Positions 19,600-29,599 of a DNA stretch of 64,000 nt are shown here, piece by piece. This DNA comes from Pseudomonadota bacterium. GTDB taxonomy: Bacteria; Pseudomonadota; Alphaproteobacteria; Rhizobiales; Rhizobiaceae. The DNA is taken from NCBI GenBank assembly GCA_020161665.1, contig JAIUPA010000006.1, forward strand, positions 129,583 to 193,582, in the 5' to 3' direction. Position 1 is the first letter of the stretch, and each line of letters starts with the position of its first letter. Below the pieces are notes generated by a model. That model was not told the origin of the DNA. It was given only the letters and a program-made list of their open reading frames with translations, and did no database searches. The translations under genes and the position numbers were made by a program.

Positions 19600-20313
19600 T
19601 CAGACCGGCGTGAACGCCTCGCGCCGCGACAGCTTCTTGTGCAAGTGAACCATCAGTCCTGCCGCAAACAGCGGCGTCATGAGGTTGAGGATCGGCACGG
19701 CCAGAAAGGCCGCGATCACCAGACCGGCGGTAAACACAAGGCCACGGTTCTGCACCCGGTAAGCGCGCGCCTCGGCAGGCGTGCGATAGCGCATGGCGGC
19801 AAATTCAAAGAATTCCCGGCCGAGCAGATAGCCGTTCACCAAAAAGAAGGCGATGATGTTGACGCCCGGCACGAGGAGCAGGAAGAGCGCCACGATGTTG
19901 CCGAGGATGACGACACCCAGAAACTTGAGCGATGCGACCAGAGCCTCCCCGAGCGGCATGGCGCGGCCTGCCGGTTCGTTCGGATAGTCGCGCTTTTCGA
20001 TCACGTCTGCCACATCGTCGAGGAAGAGACCGGCAATCAACGCCGTGACTGGCGCAATCAGAAGCGCCAGCACCAGCGCCAGACCGAGGCTTGCGAAAAT
20101 GGCCAGAACGAAGCCAAGCCACCCCGCCCAATCCGGCAGGTCCGGCACGAAGGCCTGAAGCCAGGGCAGCGCCACCAGAACAAAGCTTTCGCGCAGGCCG
20201 ATCCACAAAAGAACGAGCGCCAGCACGGTCAGCCCCAGCGATTTCCAGAACGCCGAGCGCGTTTCAGGTGCCAGAAGGTTCAAAAATGCAAGGCGGGCAG
20301 AATCGTAAATCAT
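19600..20313 (-). CDS. CysZ/EI24-family membrane protein (often annotated sulfate transporter family protein)
   Basis: ORF 19600..20313. It is a polytopic membrane protein whose overall sequence resembles the EI24/CysZ family. Confidence 0.6.
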   Translation of the reverse strand: MIYDSARLAFLNLLAPETRSAFWKSLGLTVLALVLLWIGLRESFVLVALPWLQAFVPDLPDWAGWLGFVLAIFASLGLALVLALLIAPVTALIAGLFLDDVADVIEKRDYPNEPAGRAMPLGEALVASLKFLGVVILGNIVALFLLLVPGVNIIAFFLVNGYLLGREFFEFAAMRYRTPAEARAYRVQNRGLVFTAGLVIAAFLAVPILNLMTPLFAAGLMVHLHKKLSRREAFTPV

Positions 20314-20379
20314 CGGCAGGTCGTCCTTCAGTCGATCGCCTTTGATCTAGGGTTTCAGCGCCTTAAGAACAAGAGATCG

Positions 20380-21027
20380 TCAGGTGATAAGCCGCGCCAG
20401 CAGGAAGACCGCAGCCTTGAAGAAGGCAAAGATCACACCGCCCGCGACCGCAATGGACGCGATGGCAACCGCAAAGCCCGCCAGCGTGAAAACGCCATCG
20501 CGCTCGATCAGCCCCAGCGAAAACAGGCAGATCGAAATCGCCGGCAGGATATTGGCAAGCGGGATCGGTAGCGCCAGGACCACCGCCAGACAGAAGCAGA
20601 CGAACCCCGTCAGGTGATCCATACGCCGGGCCGTCAGAAAGGAAAGGCGCGGCTTCAAAAGCGCTTCGGTGCGCATGAGCCACGGCATGACGCGGTTCAC
20701 CACCACGGCAAAATCGCTGCGGGCCATGGAGCGGTAGAGGATGAAGCCCGGCAGCCACGGCTGAAGGCCAAGCGCCAGCCGGGCTGAAAGAAAGACAAGC
20801 GGTGTTCCGGTAATGGCCGAGGTTCCGGGCGGCGTCGGCACGATGTTGGGCAGCGCAAAGGTCAGCATCAATGCGCCATAGGCGCGATCGCCCAACTGGT
20901 GGAAAAGATCACCGACCGAAACGCGCTCACGGCTTTCATCGCGGGCAAGCTCAATCAGAATATCGGAAAACCGGACCGTCGCGTCCGCATCCGCCTGCGA
21001 ACCTTCATCCATGCCTGTATCGTTCAT
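20380..21027 (-). CDS. exoD: ExoD-family exopolysaccharide synthesis membrane protein
   Basis: ORF 20380..21075 begins at a GTG that overlaps the upstream stop codon. The ATG at 21027 has a GGAG SD. ExoD-like core: VSVGDLFHQLGDRAYGALMLTFALPNIVPTPPGTSAITGTPLVFL. Confidence 0.75.
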   Translation of the reverse strand: MNDTGMDEGSQADADATVRFSDILIELARDESRERVSVGDLFHQLGDRAYGALMLTFALPNIVPTPPGTSAITGTPLVFLSARLALGLQPWLPGFILYRSMARSDFAVVVNRVMPWLMRTEALLKPRLSFLTARRMDHLTGFVCFCLAVVLALPIPLANILPAISICLFSLGLIERDGVFTLAGFAVAIASIAVAGGVIFAFFKAAVFLLARLIT

Positions 21028-21071
21028 CAAGACTCCGGTTCCACGCGCGGTACATTGGCCCGTCAAAGACT

Positions 21072-21875
21072 TCACTTCACCGGCTGGACGACCGCTGCGT
21101 AAAGCTCGGGACGACGCTCCGCAAGATAGGGCAACTCCGCCATGGCCGCACTGTAAAGACTGCGATCAAGATCGGCCACCAGAAGCGCCTCGCCCTGCCC
21201 GGCTCGCGCCAGATGTCCGCCATCCGGCGAACAGATCACCGAATGGCCTTCATAGTCGAAAACACCGTCGGAACCAGTCAGATCGGCATAGATCACAAAA
21301 AGCTGATTTTCGAGGGCCCTGACGGGCACCACCTTGTCGGGGATCACCCGGTTGGCCATCGACGCGGCAAGCGCGGTCGGCACAATCAGCAATTCAGCAC
21401 CCGCAAGCGCTGCCGCGCGCACATGTTCGGGAAACTCCACGTCATAGCAGATGACCATCGCCGCCTTCATGCCACCAATCTCGAAAACGGCGGCGGGAGC
21501 GTCGGAAGCGCGAAAAGCGCGCCGCTCCAGATCACCATAGAGATGGCATTTGCGATAGATTTCGGTCGTGCCGTCGGCCCTCACCAGAACCGCGCTGTTG
21601 TAGATCACCCCGTCTGCCGCCTCTGCAAAACCCGCCACCAGCGCCATGTTTTTCGCTGCGGCAATGGCCTTCAGCCGCTGGATGGAGGCCCCGTCCGCAG
21701 GTTCGCCATAGCGAGAGGTCTGGGCATCCAGTGCATAGCCGGGGATCGACATTTCCGGCGTCACCAGCAATGTGGCACCCATGGCAGAAGCCGCGCTCGC
21801 CGCCATCTCGATCTTGGCGAGATTGGCCTCGACCGCCCCGAGAGCCGCCTGCATCTGGTAAAGGGCAACGCGCAT
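21072..21875 (-). CDS. Carbon-nitrogen hydrolase (nitrilase superfamily amidase)
   Basis: ORF 21072..21875. The Glu-Lys-Cys triad contexts are visible: LLVTPEMSIPGY, YRKCHLY and AAMVICYDVEFPE. It lies 6 nt downstream of the fused ABC ATPase gene. Confidence 0.85.
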   Translation of the reverse strand: MRVALYQMQAALGAVEANLAKIEMAASAASAMGATLLVTPEMSIPGYALDAQTSRYGEPADGASIQRLKAIAAAKNMALVAGFAEAADGVIYNSAVLVRADGTTEIYRKCHLYGDLERRAFRASDAPAAVFEIGGMKAAMVICYDVEFPEHVRAAALAGAELLIVPTALAASMANRVIPDKVVPVRALENQLFVIYADLTGSDGVFDYEGHSVICSPDGGHLARAGQGEALLVADLDRSLYSAAMAELPYLAERRPELYAAVVQPVK

Positions 21876-21881
21876 GCTTCT

Positions 21882-23735
<1,854 letters not shown>

Positions 23736-23814
23736 GAAAACTCCGCCACCCGCTTCACTCCGGTGCCCGAAGTTCAAGCGCCTCACAGCACCAATGTCAA
23801 CAAAGCCCCGGCCA

Positions 23815-24810
23815 TCAGGCCGCAGCGTCCAGCGGAAAGGTAAGTTCGTAACGGATGGCCTGCTCGTCCATGCGGAAATCGGCCTGCCCGTTAACCGCCG
23901 AGGGCACCACACGCTTCAGGACCGTGCTGCCAAAATGCGCCTCGCGCGCAGGAAGGCCGCCCGTTCCCTGTAGCGCGAGAGGCTCTTCCCAGACAAGACG
24001 CAAATGCGCCGCCCCCGCCTCTTCGAAACGTTCGCAGCGCACCGTCACCACCATGCCGCCGACCAGAAGCCCGCCATGCGCGATGGCGTTGATGATAAGC
24101 TCGTGCAGGGCAAGCCCGAGATGAACCGCCGCATTGGGCGAGAGGACAACATCCTCACCCACAATACGCACAAGATCGCTGTTCTCCGGCAGGTATTTTT
24201 CGGTCTGCTGACGAACAAGGCCAAACAGATCGGCACCGCGCCAGTTGGAATCCGTGATCATGTCCTGCGATTGCGAGAGAGAATAAAGCCGTCCCCGGAA
24301 TTTCTGCAGGAAGACATCAAGCGAGCGGGAATGACGCGCCGTCTGGAACGCCAGGCTCTGGATGATCGCCATGAGGTTCTTCGTGCGGTGGCTCACTTCG
24401 CGAAGAAGAGCCTTCAACAGGCGCTCACGGCGTCGCTCTTCGGTGCGGTCGGAAATGGTGGTGAGAAAGTGGACCGCCTCACCATCCCGGGCAACGATCT
24501 GAACGCGAAACTCGAAAATCTGCTCATCACCCGTCATGGTCTCGATGACGGCGCGGTCGCCAGAGCGCTGAAGCCCCATTTTGGCAGACTGCAGACGCTC
24601 GGCCAGTTCAACGCCAAAAAGCGCGGGTAGTGTCAGCCGCTCATGCGGCGCGAAGTTCCACGGCTTGGGCAGATTGGCGAGATAGATGATTTCGTGCCTG
24701 TCATTCTCCAGCATGAAGCAGAGTTTGAGATCGACAAGACCGGGCATCAGCAAATCGCGCAGACCACTTTGATCCGCCCGAGGCTCCACCCAAATCATGC
24801 AATCGGACAC
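23815..24810 (-). CDS. Soluble HWE/HisKA_2-type sensor histidine kinase (PhyK/RsiC-like GSR kinase candidate)
   Basis: ORF 23815..24810 starts at a GTG with a GGAG SD. It has a PAS-like N-terminal half and the H-box LLREVSHRTKNLMAIIQSL typical of HisKA_2/HWE kinases. It has no TM segment and sits next to phyR. Confidence 0.8.
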   Translation of the reverse strand: MSDCMIWVEPRADQSGLRDLLMPGLVDLKLCFMLENDRHEIIYLANLPKPWNFAPHERLTLPALFGVELAERLQSAKMGLQRSGDRAVIETMTGDEQIFEFRVQIVARDGEAVHFLTTISDRTEERRRERLLKALLREVSHRTKNLMAIIQSLAFQTARHSRSLDVFLQKFRGRLYSLSQSQDMITDSNWRGADLFGLVRQQTEKYLPENSDLVRIVGEDVVLSPNAAVHLGLALHELIINAIAHGGLLVGGMVVTVRCERFEEAGAAHLRLVWEEPLALQGTGGLPAREAHFGSTVLKRVVPSAVNGQADFRMDEQAIRYELTFPLDAAA

Positions 24811-24823
24811 GATAACACTCCAT

Positions 24824-24872
24824 AAAAAACGGGTTAGCGGCGAACCGGAAGCCGCAAGGCCTCCGGTTCGCC
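24824..24872 (-). terminator. Terminator after the DUF1328 gene
   Basis: The long stem is GGCGAACCGGA(a)GCC-gcaa-GGC(c)TCCGGTTCGCC. On the minus strand a T6 run follows 8 nt after the stem. Confidence 0.6.
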
Positions 24873-24892
24873 GCGCCCGGCTATTTCAAACG

Positions 24893-25057
24893 TCAGGCCT
24901 TGCGCACAAGACCCGTGACAACGGAAATGGCCAGAAGGATGAGGAAGACGAAGAACAGAATCTTCGCAATCCCCGCGGCCGCACCGGCGATGCCGCCAAA
25001 GCCGAGGACACCGGCGATAATGGCGACGACCAGAAAGATGAGCGCGTAATGAAGCAT
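24893..25057 (-). CDS. Small membrane protein, DUF1328 / UPF0391 (YtjA-like), 54 aa
   Basis: It is absent from the ORF track because it is shorter than 60 aa. My translation is [54 protein letters not shown]. An AAGGGGA SD and an EcfG-type promoter lie upstream, and a terminator lies downstream. Confidence 0.85.
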   Translation of the reverse strand: MLHYALIFLVVAIIAGVLGFGGIAGAAAGIAKILFFVFLILLAISVVTGLVRKA

Positions 25058-25093
25058 GGTGATTTCCCCTTTGCTTGTCTGTGATGAGAGGAA

Positions 25094-25118
25094 AACGCAC
25101 CGGCTTGCATTTCGTTCC
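25094..25118 (-). promoter_or_regulatory. EcfG-type (ECF15) promoter upstream of the DUF1328 gene
   Basis: The minus strand reads GGAAC-gaaatgcaagccggtg-CGTT, which is GGAAC-N16-CGTT. It ends 36 nt upstream of the ATG at 25057. Confidence 0.75.
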
Positions 25119-25126
25119 CCGGAAAA

Positions 25127-25924
25127 TCAGGCCGCCGTCTTCACCGCCTCATTGAAGAACAGGGCCTGGCTGATCAGCGCCTTGACCATATCCGGATTGA
25201 ACGGCTTGGTGACGAGGAAGGCCGGTTCCGGTCGCTCGCCCGTCAAGAGCCGTTCCGGGAAGGCCGTGATAAAGATCACCGGCACCGAGGACTGGCCAAG
25301 GATTTCGTTGACCGCATCAATGCCCGAGGAGCCGTCGGCGAGCTGAATATCGGCCAGCACCATCTTCGGCTTCGTTTTGGCAAAGAGATCGACCGCCTGC
25401 GTGTGCGTGCGGGCAATGCCCGTGACCCGATGGCCCAGATCCTCGACCATCTGCTCGATATCGAGCGCGATCAGCGGTTCATCCTCGATAATGAGAATAT
25501 CGGTGGCGACCTGCCGCGAGATTTGTTCGGAGGCCTCGTTCAGAAGGGCCGCGACACTATTCTGGTCAAGGCCGAGGATTTCGGCCGTTTCGGGAATGGA
25601 AAATCCTTCGACCGAAACCAGAAGAAACGCATGGCGCTCGCGCTGGGGAAGGCAGGCGAGATTATCGACCGCCCGGCGCTCCCAGGCAAACGGACTGTCT
25701 TCAACCGAAGGAATCTCGATTTTCAGGGAACCCGTCAGCGATACGAAGAGTTTATAGAGGGAAACCCGGTCGCTTGAGGCTTTGGGGAAAATGGTCAGAT
25801 CAGCAATGAGCGCTTCCAGCGCCGCCGCGACATAGGCATCGCCTGACGCTTGCGAGCCGGTTACAGCCCGTGCGTAACGGCGCAGATACGGCAGGTGGGA
25901 CGCTATACGAGTGGTCAATGACAT
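25127..25924 (-). CDS. phyR: Anti-anti-sigma response regulator PhyR (sigma-like domain plus receiver domain)
   Basis: ORF 25127..25924. It has an N-terminal ECF-sigma-like domain (HLPYLRRYARAVTGSQASGDAYV) and a C-terminal receiver (ILIIEDEPLIA...MVLADIQLADGSSG...TKPF). Confidence 0.92.
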   Translation of the reverse strand: MSLTTRIASHLPYLRRYARAVTGSQASGDAYVAAALEALIADLTIFPKASSDRVSLYKLFVSLTGSLKIEIPSVEDSPFAWERRAVDNLACLPQRERHAFLLVSVEGFSIPETAEILGLDQNSVAALLNEASEQISRQVATDILIIEDEPLIALDIEQMVEDLGHRVTGIARTHTQAVDLFAKTKPKMVLADIQLADGSSGIDAVNEILGQSSVPVIFITAFPERLLTGERPEPAFLVTKPFNPDMVKALISQALFFNEAVKTAA

Positions 25925-25962
25925 GCGTTTTCCTTTCGACCGGCAGTCAATTTCGTAAAGAT

Positions 25963-25987
25963 AACGGTACCGCGCGAAAAAAGTTCC
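25963..25987 (-). promoter_or_regulatory. EcfG-type promoter of phyR
   Basis: The minus strand reads GGAAC-ttttttcgcgcggtac-CGTT (N16). The CGTT ends 38 nt upstream of the phyR ATG. Confidence 0.75.
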
Positions 25988-25995
25988 CGCGAGAG

Positions 25996-26020
25996 GGAAC
26001 TTTTCTGCTTAAGAACCGTT
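25996..26020 (+). promoter_or_regulatory. EcfG-type promoter of nepR-ecfG
   Basis: The plus strand reads GGAAC-ttttctgcttaagaac-CGTT (N16). It ends 30 nt upstream of the nepR ATG at 26051. Confidence 0.75.
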
Positions 26021-26050
26021 CCACAGGTGAGGCGAAATACGGACGTGATT

Positions 26051-26260
26051 ATGAAAGACGCACACAGGCCGTTGGATGAAGATCAGGGCAGCGACGCGCA
26101 AGCGCGTTCGGTGGGCCTTGAACCCAACGCATCGATTTCACGAAAGCTCAGGGACTATTACGGTTCCCTTCAGGAAGAACGCATCCCCGACCGTTTCCTT
26201 GACCTTCTGGAACGGCTGGATGAGGCCGAGCGCAAGGCCGGCTCAGCGGGCAAGACATGA
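26051..26260 (+). CDS. nepR: Anti-sigma factor NepR
   Basis: ORF 26027..26260 begins at a GTG that would sit at or before the predicted TSS, so I use the ATG at 26051. The NepR core motif is ISRKLRDYYGSLQEERIPDRFLDLLERLDEAE. Its stop codon overlaps the ecfG start codon (ATGA). Confidence 0.85.
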   Translation: MKDAHRPLDEDQGSDAQARSVGLEPNASISRKLRDYYGSLQEERIPDRFLDLLERLDEAERKAGSAGKT

Positions 26261-26823
26261 GCGATACGACAAGTTCGGATGAGCGCAGCTTCAAGCGAGA
26301 CATGCTCGCCACCCTGCCGAGCCTCAGGGCGTTTGCCGTATCGTTGAGCGGTCGCGCCGACCGCGCGGACGACCTGGTGCAGGATGCCATTCTCAAAGCC
26401 TGGGCCAATCAGGCGAGCTTCAAACCCGGCACCAACATCAAGGCGTGGCTCTTCACGATCCTGCGCAACGAGTTCTACAGCCAGATGCGCAAGGCGGGCC
26501 GCGAAGTGCAGGATACGGATGGCACCTATTCCAGCCGCTTTGCCAGCAGCCCGGAACAGCACGGGCATCTCGATCTTCAGGATTTCAAGAAGGCGCTCGA
26601 CACGCTGCCGGAAGACCAGCGCGAAGCCATCGTGCTCGTCGGCGCGGAAGGCTTTGCCTATGAGGAAGCCGCCGAGATTTGCGGTTGTGCGGTCGGCACC
26701 ATCAAAAGCCGCGTAAGCCGGGCGCGCACGCGTCTCGCAGAATTGCTCGGCATTTCGGGGGAAGAGGATTTCGGGCCGGATGGCGAAATCGCCTCGGTCA
26801 CGTCCCGGGCTTTCGGAAGCTGA
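26257..26823 (+). CDS. ecfG: ECF sigma factor EcfG (RpoE2/SigT-type general stress sigma)
   Basis: ORF 26257..26823. Sigma region 2 reads DLVQDAILKAWANQASFKPGTNIKAWLFTILRNEFYSQMRK and region 4 reads FAYEEAAEICGCAVGTIKSRVSRAR. It is translationally coupled to nepR. Confidence 0.9.
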   Translation: MSDTTSSDERSFKRDMLATLPSLRAFAVSLSGRADRADDLVQDAILKAWANQASFKPGTNIKAWLFTILRNEFYSQMRKAGREVQDTDGTYSSRFASSPEQHGHLDLQDFKKALDTLPEDQREAIVLVGAEGFAYEEAAEICGCAVGTIKSRVSRARTRLAELLGISGEEDFGPDGEIASVTSRAFGS

Positions 26824-26834
26824 CCAACACAGAG

Positions 26835-26866
26835 ACCGCCGCTCAAAAAGCGGCGGTTATTCTTTT
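26835..26866 (+). terminator. Terminator after ecfG, overlapping the convergent gene's stop codon
   Basis: The sequence is ACCGCCGCtcaaaaaGCGGCGGTtattctttt. Confidence 0.7.
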
Positions 26867-27291
26867 CGGGTCGGTTCAAGCGTCATCAATCCGACGGCAA
26901 AGGCAGCAAGCGCGGCAATCCCCAGCGAAGGCAGCGGACGCGACCGCAACAGGATGGGCAAGGCGCTCAAGCCCACATTCACAAGCGCCGACGAACGGGC
27001 CGCCTGCGTACGACGCCGCTGGATTTCCCGCTCCCGGCGATTGCTGACCAGAATGGCCGCCAGCAGCACCAGCGCAAAAGCGAGCGCACCAAGCGCGATC
27101 ACGAGAAGCGCCACTGCGGGGCCTGCGACGGTCGAGAGATAGAAGGCCAGCGCGCCAACCCCGCCCACATAGGCGGTCAGAAGCAAAAGCCCCACCATCG
27201 CCCCGAGTATGAGGTTTCGTTGCGCCTGCCGCGCCACGCGACCGTAATCGGTCGTCAGCGCGGCAGTCACCAGTCCGGAAAGGCCTGCCAT
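26857..27291 (-). CDS. YqjE-like inner membrane protein (DUF1469, the so-called phage holin 3_6 family)
   Basis: ORF 26857..27291. It has 2-3 TM helices and a basic loop (NRREREIQRRR). Its start overlaps the upstream stop codon (TGATG), and it follows a DUF883 gene as in E. coli yqjD-yqjE. Confidence 0.65.
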   Translation of the reverse strand: MAGLSGLVTAALTTDYGRVARQAQRNLILGAMVGLLLLTAYVGGVGALAFYLSTVAGPAVALLVIALGALAFALVLLAAILVSNRREREIQRRRTQAARSSALVNVGLSALPILLRSRPLPSLGIAALAAFAVGLMTLEPTRKE

Positions 27292-27593
27292 CAGACGCGC
27301 CGCGTCAGAAGAGCGGCAAGGAAGCCGATACCGGCGGCAATGCCCAGCGCCTGCAGCGGCTTTTCGCGGACCCGGTCGCCCAGATCGCTGCCCGCCGCAT
27401 TGAGACGGTCACGAACAACCTCGAGCGCCTCGTTCGAAGCCCCGAGCGCATCATTGCCAGCCTTCAGGGCTTCACCCTTGAATTCGCTCGCTTTCTTCGC
27501 GGTCAGCCCGGCAATCGCGGTCGCGATATCGCCGATTTCCTTGCGAAGCTGCTCGATCTGCTTTTCAACGTCGATGGACTTTTCAGTGGCCAT
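27291..27593 (-). CDS. DUF883 protein (ElaB/YqjD-like, C-terminal membrane anchor)
   Basis: ORF 27291..27650 trimmed to ATG 27593, which has an AAGGAGA SD 6 nt upstream. The body is helical and Ala/Lys/Glu-rich, with a C-terminal anchor PLQALGIAAGIGFLAALLTRRV. Confidence 0.8.
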   Translation of the reverse strand: MATEKSIDVEKQIEQLRKEIGDIATAIAGLTAKKASEFKGEALKAGNDALGASNEALEVVRDRLNAAGSDLGDRVREKPLQALGIAAGIGFLAALLTRRV

Positions 27594-27619
27594 GGTTTTC
27601 TCCTTTGTTATGGGAGTAA

Positions 27620-27645
27620 AACGCATGAAGCCGCAGAAGGGTTCC
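27620..27645 (-). promoter_or_regulatory. EcfG-type promoter of the DUF883 / yqjE-like pair
   Basis: The minus strand reads GGAAC-ccttctgcggcttcatg-CGTT (N17). It ends 26 nt upstream of the ATG at 27593. Confidence 0.7.
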
Positions 27646-27676
27646 CGCATTTTATTGGTGATCGGGTTGCGCTCGC

Positions 27677-28507
27677 CTATCCATCCCTGTGGCGCGGGTC
27701 GATCAGGTCACGCAATCCGTCTCCCAGCATGTTGAGACCGAAGACGGCAAACGCGATGGCCAAGCCGGGCAGAATGGCAAGCCAGGGCGCCTGGCTCAGA
27801 TAGGTCTGGGATTCGGCGAGCATCCGCCCCCAGGTGGGTGCAGGCGGTGCCATGCCAAGCCCGAGGAAGGACAGCCCCGCCTCCGTCAAAATGGCCAGAC
27901 CCAGCTGAATGGTGGCCTGCACGATGATCTGCCCCGCCACATTGGGCAGCACATGCACCATGGTAATGCCGAAAGGCCGTTTGCCGATGCTTCTGGCCGC
28001 CATGATGAAATCGCGCGCCCAGATTTGTAAGGCCGAGGCCAGCACGACGCGGGCAAAGACCGGCACCATAAAGGTGGCGATGGCGATGATGGCCGTGAAC
28101 CGCCCGGCTCCCAAAACCGCGCCGAGCATCATGGCGGAAAGAATGGGCGGCACGGCAAAGACCACGTCGCAAAACCGCATCAACGCCGCCTCGACAAGCC
28201 CGCGCCGCTGCGCCGCGCAAAGGCCGATAGCCGTGCCGATCAACCCGCCAAGCGCCACCGCCATGACCGCCGTCGACAGCGAATTCCACGCCCCAACCAT
28301 CAGCATGGAAGCGACATCGCGCCCGTAAGGATCGTTGCCAAGAAGGCCCACATCAAACGGCGGCTTCAGACGGTGCATGATCTGCATTTTCGAGGGGGGC
28401 AGCGGTGTCCAGACCAGCGAAAGCAGCGCCAGCGCGAAGAGCAGTGCGGTCACGAAAGCGCCGATCCACAATTGCGGACGGCGGGCAAAGCGCTGGAAAA
28501 CCGTCAT
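27677..28507 (-). CDS. Peptide/nickel-class ABC transporter permease (DppC-like)
   Basis: ORF 27677..28777 trimmed to ATG 28507 (MTVFQRFARRPQLWIGAF). This start makes an ATGA overlap with the upstream permease gene. Confidence 0.85.
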   Translation of the reverse strand: MTVFQRFARRPQLWIGAFVTALLFALALLSLVWTPLPPSKMQIMHRLKPPFDVGLLGNDPYGRDVASMLMVGAWNSLSTAVMAVALGGLIGTAIGLCAAQRRGLVEAALMRFCDVVFAVPPILSAMMLGAVLGAGRFTAIIAIATFMVPVFARVVLASALQIWARDFIMAARSIGKRPFGITMVHVLPNVAGQIIVQATIQLGLAILTEAGLSFLGLGMAPPAPTWGRMLAESQTYLSQAPWLAILPGLAIAFAVFGLNMLGDGLRDLIDPRHRDG

Positions 28508-29457
28508 GGCCCCGCCTCCCGCCTCAGCCGCGGATCGATCAGCAGATAGGCGATATCGACCATGAAATTCATGACGATGACCAGCGCGCAGAAAAACAGC
28601 ACCACATCCTGCATCACGATAATGTCGCGCTGCGTCAACGCTTGCAGCGCAAGCCGCCCAAGCCCCGGCAGGTTGAAGACATTTTCCACCAGCACCGCAC
28701 CGGCAATCAGAAAGGTGAATTGCAGCCCGATCATGGTGACGACCGGGATCAGCGCATTGGGCATGGCATGCCGCCAAAGCGCTTCCCGCGCTGTCAATCC
28801 CTTGGCGCGCGCCGTGCGGATGTAATCCTCCCCCAACACATCAAGAACCGCCGTGCGTGTCACGCGCGACAGCACACCGGCCTGCGGCAGCGCCAGCGCA
28901 AAGGCTGGCATGATCAGGGCGGTGAGTGCCGGAAAGACGCCCGCCTCCCAGCCGGGAAATCCGCCAGCCGGCATGACGCGCAGTGTCGTCGCAAAGAAAA
29001 GGATGAGCAAAAGCCCGACCCAGAAGCCCGGCACGGCGATGGAGACATGCGAAAACAGGCCAATGATGAAATCCATCGGGCCATTTCGCCGCGCTGCAGC
29101 CGTCACACCGAGCGGCACGGCCATCAGCACGGAAAGGCCGACAGCCAGAAGCGCGAGCGGCACGGTAATCTTCAGCCGCTCGGCAATCAGTCCGGCCACG
29201 GGAACGCCGTAGGTATAGGATGTGCCAAGATCGCCGGTCAGCGCTCCACCGAGCCAGCCGAGATAGCGAACGGGAAAAGGCCGGTCGAGGCCCATATCGT
29301 GGCGAAGGGCCGCCAGCGTATCGGGACTGGCCGATGTGCCGAGCATCACCGCCGCCGGATCGCCCGGCAGCATGTCCATGACGGCAAAGATCAGGAAGGA
29401 GACGGCCAGAAGGGTGACGAGAAGCCCGCCCACCCGGCGCGCCATGACTGCGATCAT
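28504..29457 (-). CDS. Peptide/nickel-class ABC transporter permease (DppB-like)
   Basis: ORF 28504..29457. It has the typical N-terminus (RRVGGLLVTLLAVSFLIFAVMDMLPGDPA) and an EAA loop (EDYIRTARAKGL). Confidence 0.88.
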   Translation of the reverse strand: MIAVMARRVGGLLVTLLAVSFLIFAVMDMLPGDPAAVMLGTSASPDTLAALRHDMGLDRPFPVRYLGWLGGALTGDLGTSYTYGVPVAGLIAERLKITVPLALLAVGLSVLMAVPLGVTAAARRNGPMDFIIGLFSHVSIAVPGFWVGLLLILFFATTLRVMPAGGFPGWEAGVFPALTALIMPAFALALPQAGVLSRVTRTAVLDVLGEDYIRTARAKGLTAREALWRHAMPNALIPVVTMIGLQFTFLIAGAVLVENVFNLPGLGRLALQALTQRDIIVMQDVVLFFCALVIVMNFMVDIAYLLIDPRLRREAGP

Positions 29458-29599
29458 GCCGTCTTCCCTCTTGCTGTGCTCACGGACGGGCCATTAAAAG
29501 CGCCCCCCGGCACGGGCAAACCCCGCGCTGAAGACCTTTCAAAAACGAATGCAGGGCCGGGTCAAGCCCAGCCCTGCCAAAACGCTTCATCCGAAACGC

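Noticed and set aside
24834-25110. Track ORFs 24834..25100 (-) and 24886..25110 (-).
   Set aside because: They are alternative frames over the DUF1328 gene. Only the 54-codon frame has an SD, a family-typical sequence and a matching promoter-terminator pair.
26857-27291. The 'phage holin' family protein as evidence of a prophage remnant.
   Set aside because: There are no phage structural, integrase or lysis genes nearby. The gene is coupled to a DUF883 gene under an EcfG promoter, matching the cellular yqjD-yqjE arrangement.
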